NCBI RefSeq assembly: GCF_029537395.1 | Contig: NZ_CP120677.1 | Location: 2,108,566 to 2,132,565, forward strand | DNA from: Tissierella sp. Yu-01 | GTDB taxonomy: Bacteria; Bacillota; Clostridia; Tissierellales; Tissierellaceae | DNA: 24,000 nt | Reading direction: 5' to 3' | Part shown: in pieces, positions 23,325-24,000 of the stretch | Numbering within the stretch: the stretch's first letter is position 1 | How the letters are laid out: each line of letters begins with the position of its first letter | Translations under genes and position numbers: made by a program | Notes under the pieces: model-generated | What the model saw: the letters and a program-made list of their open reading frames with translations, nothing else | The model's database searches: none | Told to the model about the DNA's origin: nothing

Positions 23325-24000
23325 ATGACAGAAAAAAAATTATATAAAGGCTTTACATTAATAAACGGAACAGGTGAAACTCCTATTGAAAATGCATTTT
23401 TTATAGTTGAAGAAAAAAGAGTTGTTAAAATTGGTAATGCAGCTGATTTAGAGAATCATGATAATGTAGAAGTAATAGATTTAACAGGTAAAACTGTTAT
23501 GCCAGGACTTATAAATTCTCATGTTCATATAAATATGGAACCTGTAGGAGATCCTTTTGCAAGTAATGATTCAGATGCTAAAATCGCTTTTAGAACTGCT
23601 GCTAACCTAAAGAAACATCTATATGCTGGAACAACATTCTTTAGAGACTTAGGTGGCAATAGATTTATAGATATAGAAGCTAGAGATGCAGTAAATTCAG
23701 GCTTACTTGAAGGTCCAGAGTTTTTAGCAGCTGGTCAATGTATCTGCATGACTGGTGGTCACGGTTGGTCAGCTGGTGGGCGTGAAGCCGATGGTCCAGA
23801 TGAAGTTAGAAAAGCAGCAAGGGAACAGTTAAGGGCTGGAGCTGACTTATTAAAGGTCATGGCAACTGGTGGAGTTATGACAAAAGGAGTAGAACCTGGC
23901 AGTCCACAGCTTTCTGAAGAAGAAATGAGAGCAGCAATTGAAGAAGCCCATAATGTAGGAAAGAAAACTGCTACCCATGCACAAGGTACGGTTGGTATAA
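23325..24000 (+). CDS. Metal-dependent amidohydrolase-superfamily enzyme, N-terminal 225 codons (runs off the window end)
   Basis: Hand translation from ATG 23325: MTEKKLYKGFTLINGTGE...VMPGLINSHVHINMEP...DLLKVMATGGV...ATHAQG. It shows the HxH metal motif and a conserved Lys region. RBS AAGGAGGG lies upstream. It is not in the ORF track. Confidence 0.8.
   Translation, partial: MTEKKLYKGFTLINGTGETPIENAFFIVEEKRVVKIGNAADLENHDNVEVIDLTGKTVMPGLINSHVHINMEPVGDPFASNDSDAKIAFRTAANLKKHLYAGTTFFRDLGGNRFIDIEARDAVNSGLLEGPEFLAAGQCICMTGGHGWSAGGREADGPDEVRKAAREQLRAGADLLKVMATGGVMTKGVEPGSPQLSEEEMRAAIEEAHNVGKKTATHAQGTVGI

Overview
Low-GC, Clostridia-like chromosomal window with about 25 supportable genes and no rRNA, tRNA, CRISPR array or transposase. 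Ordinary content: a Cache/HAMP methyl-accepting chemotaxis protein, a mazEF toxin-antitoxin pair, DUF302 and DUF2249 proteins, a copper-amine-oxidase-N-domain secreted protein, ftsH, an OmpR/HisKA two-component system with a lipoprotein, and a T-box leader driving a membrane transporter plus an amidohydrolase. Two regions stand out. (1) 9.4-16.6 kb, all on the minus strand, is a fragmented agr-type quorum-sensing locus. It runs agrA-agrC, then three separately promoted units, each preceded by the same module of two 12-bp direct repeats in 21-bp phase (LytTR-type boxes). The ORF track missed two intact 52-53 aa AgrD paralogs, which I found by hand translation. Both have the core SVFYF-YEPKM with Ser and no Cys, and each leads an operon for secreted or membrane proteins of unknown family. 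A third decayed agrD copy, a half-promoter and about 1 kb of gene debris lie between them. (2) Two perfect GGTAAC-N4-GTTACC palindromes sit at matching class-II-like positions. One is upstream of the truncated hcp gene. The other is upstream of a three-gene operon (DUF1858 fused to a signal-less solute-binding-protein-like domain, a G3E-family GTPase, and an ABC ATPase with no permease). This suggests an HcpR-type nitrosative-stress regulon with an uncharacterised cytoplasmic module. All calls come from reading and hand-translating the sequence. No database search was run.
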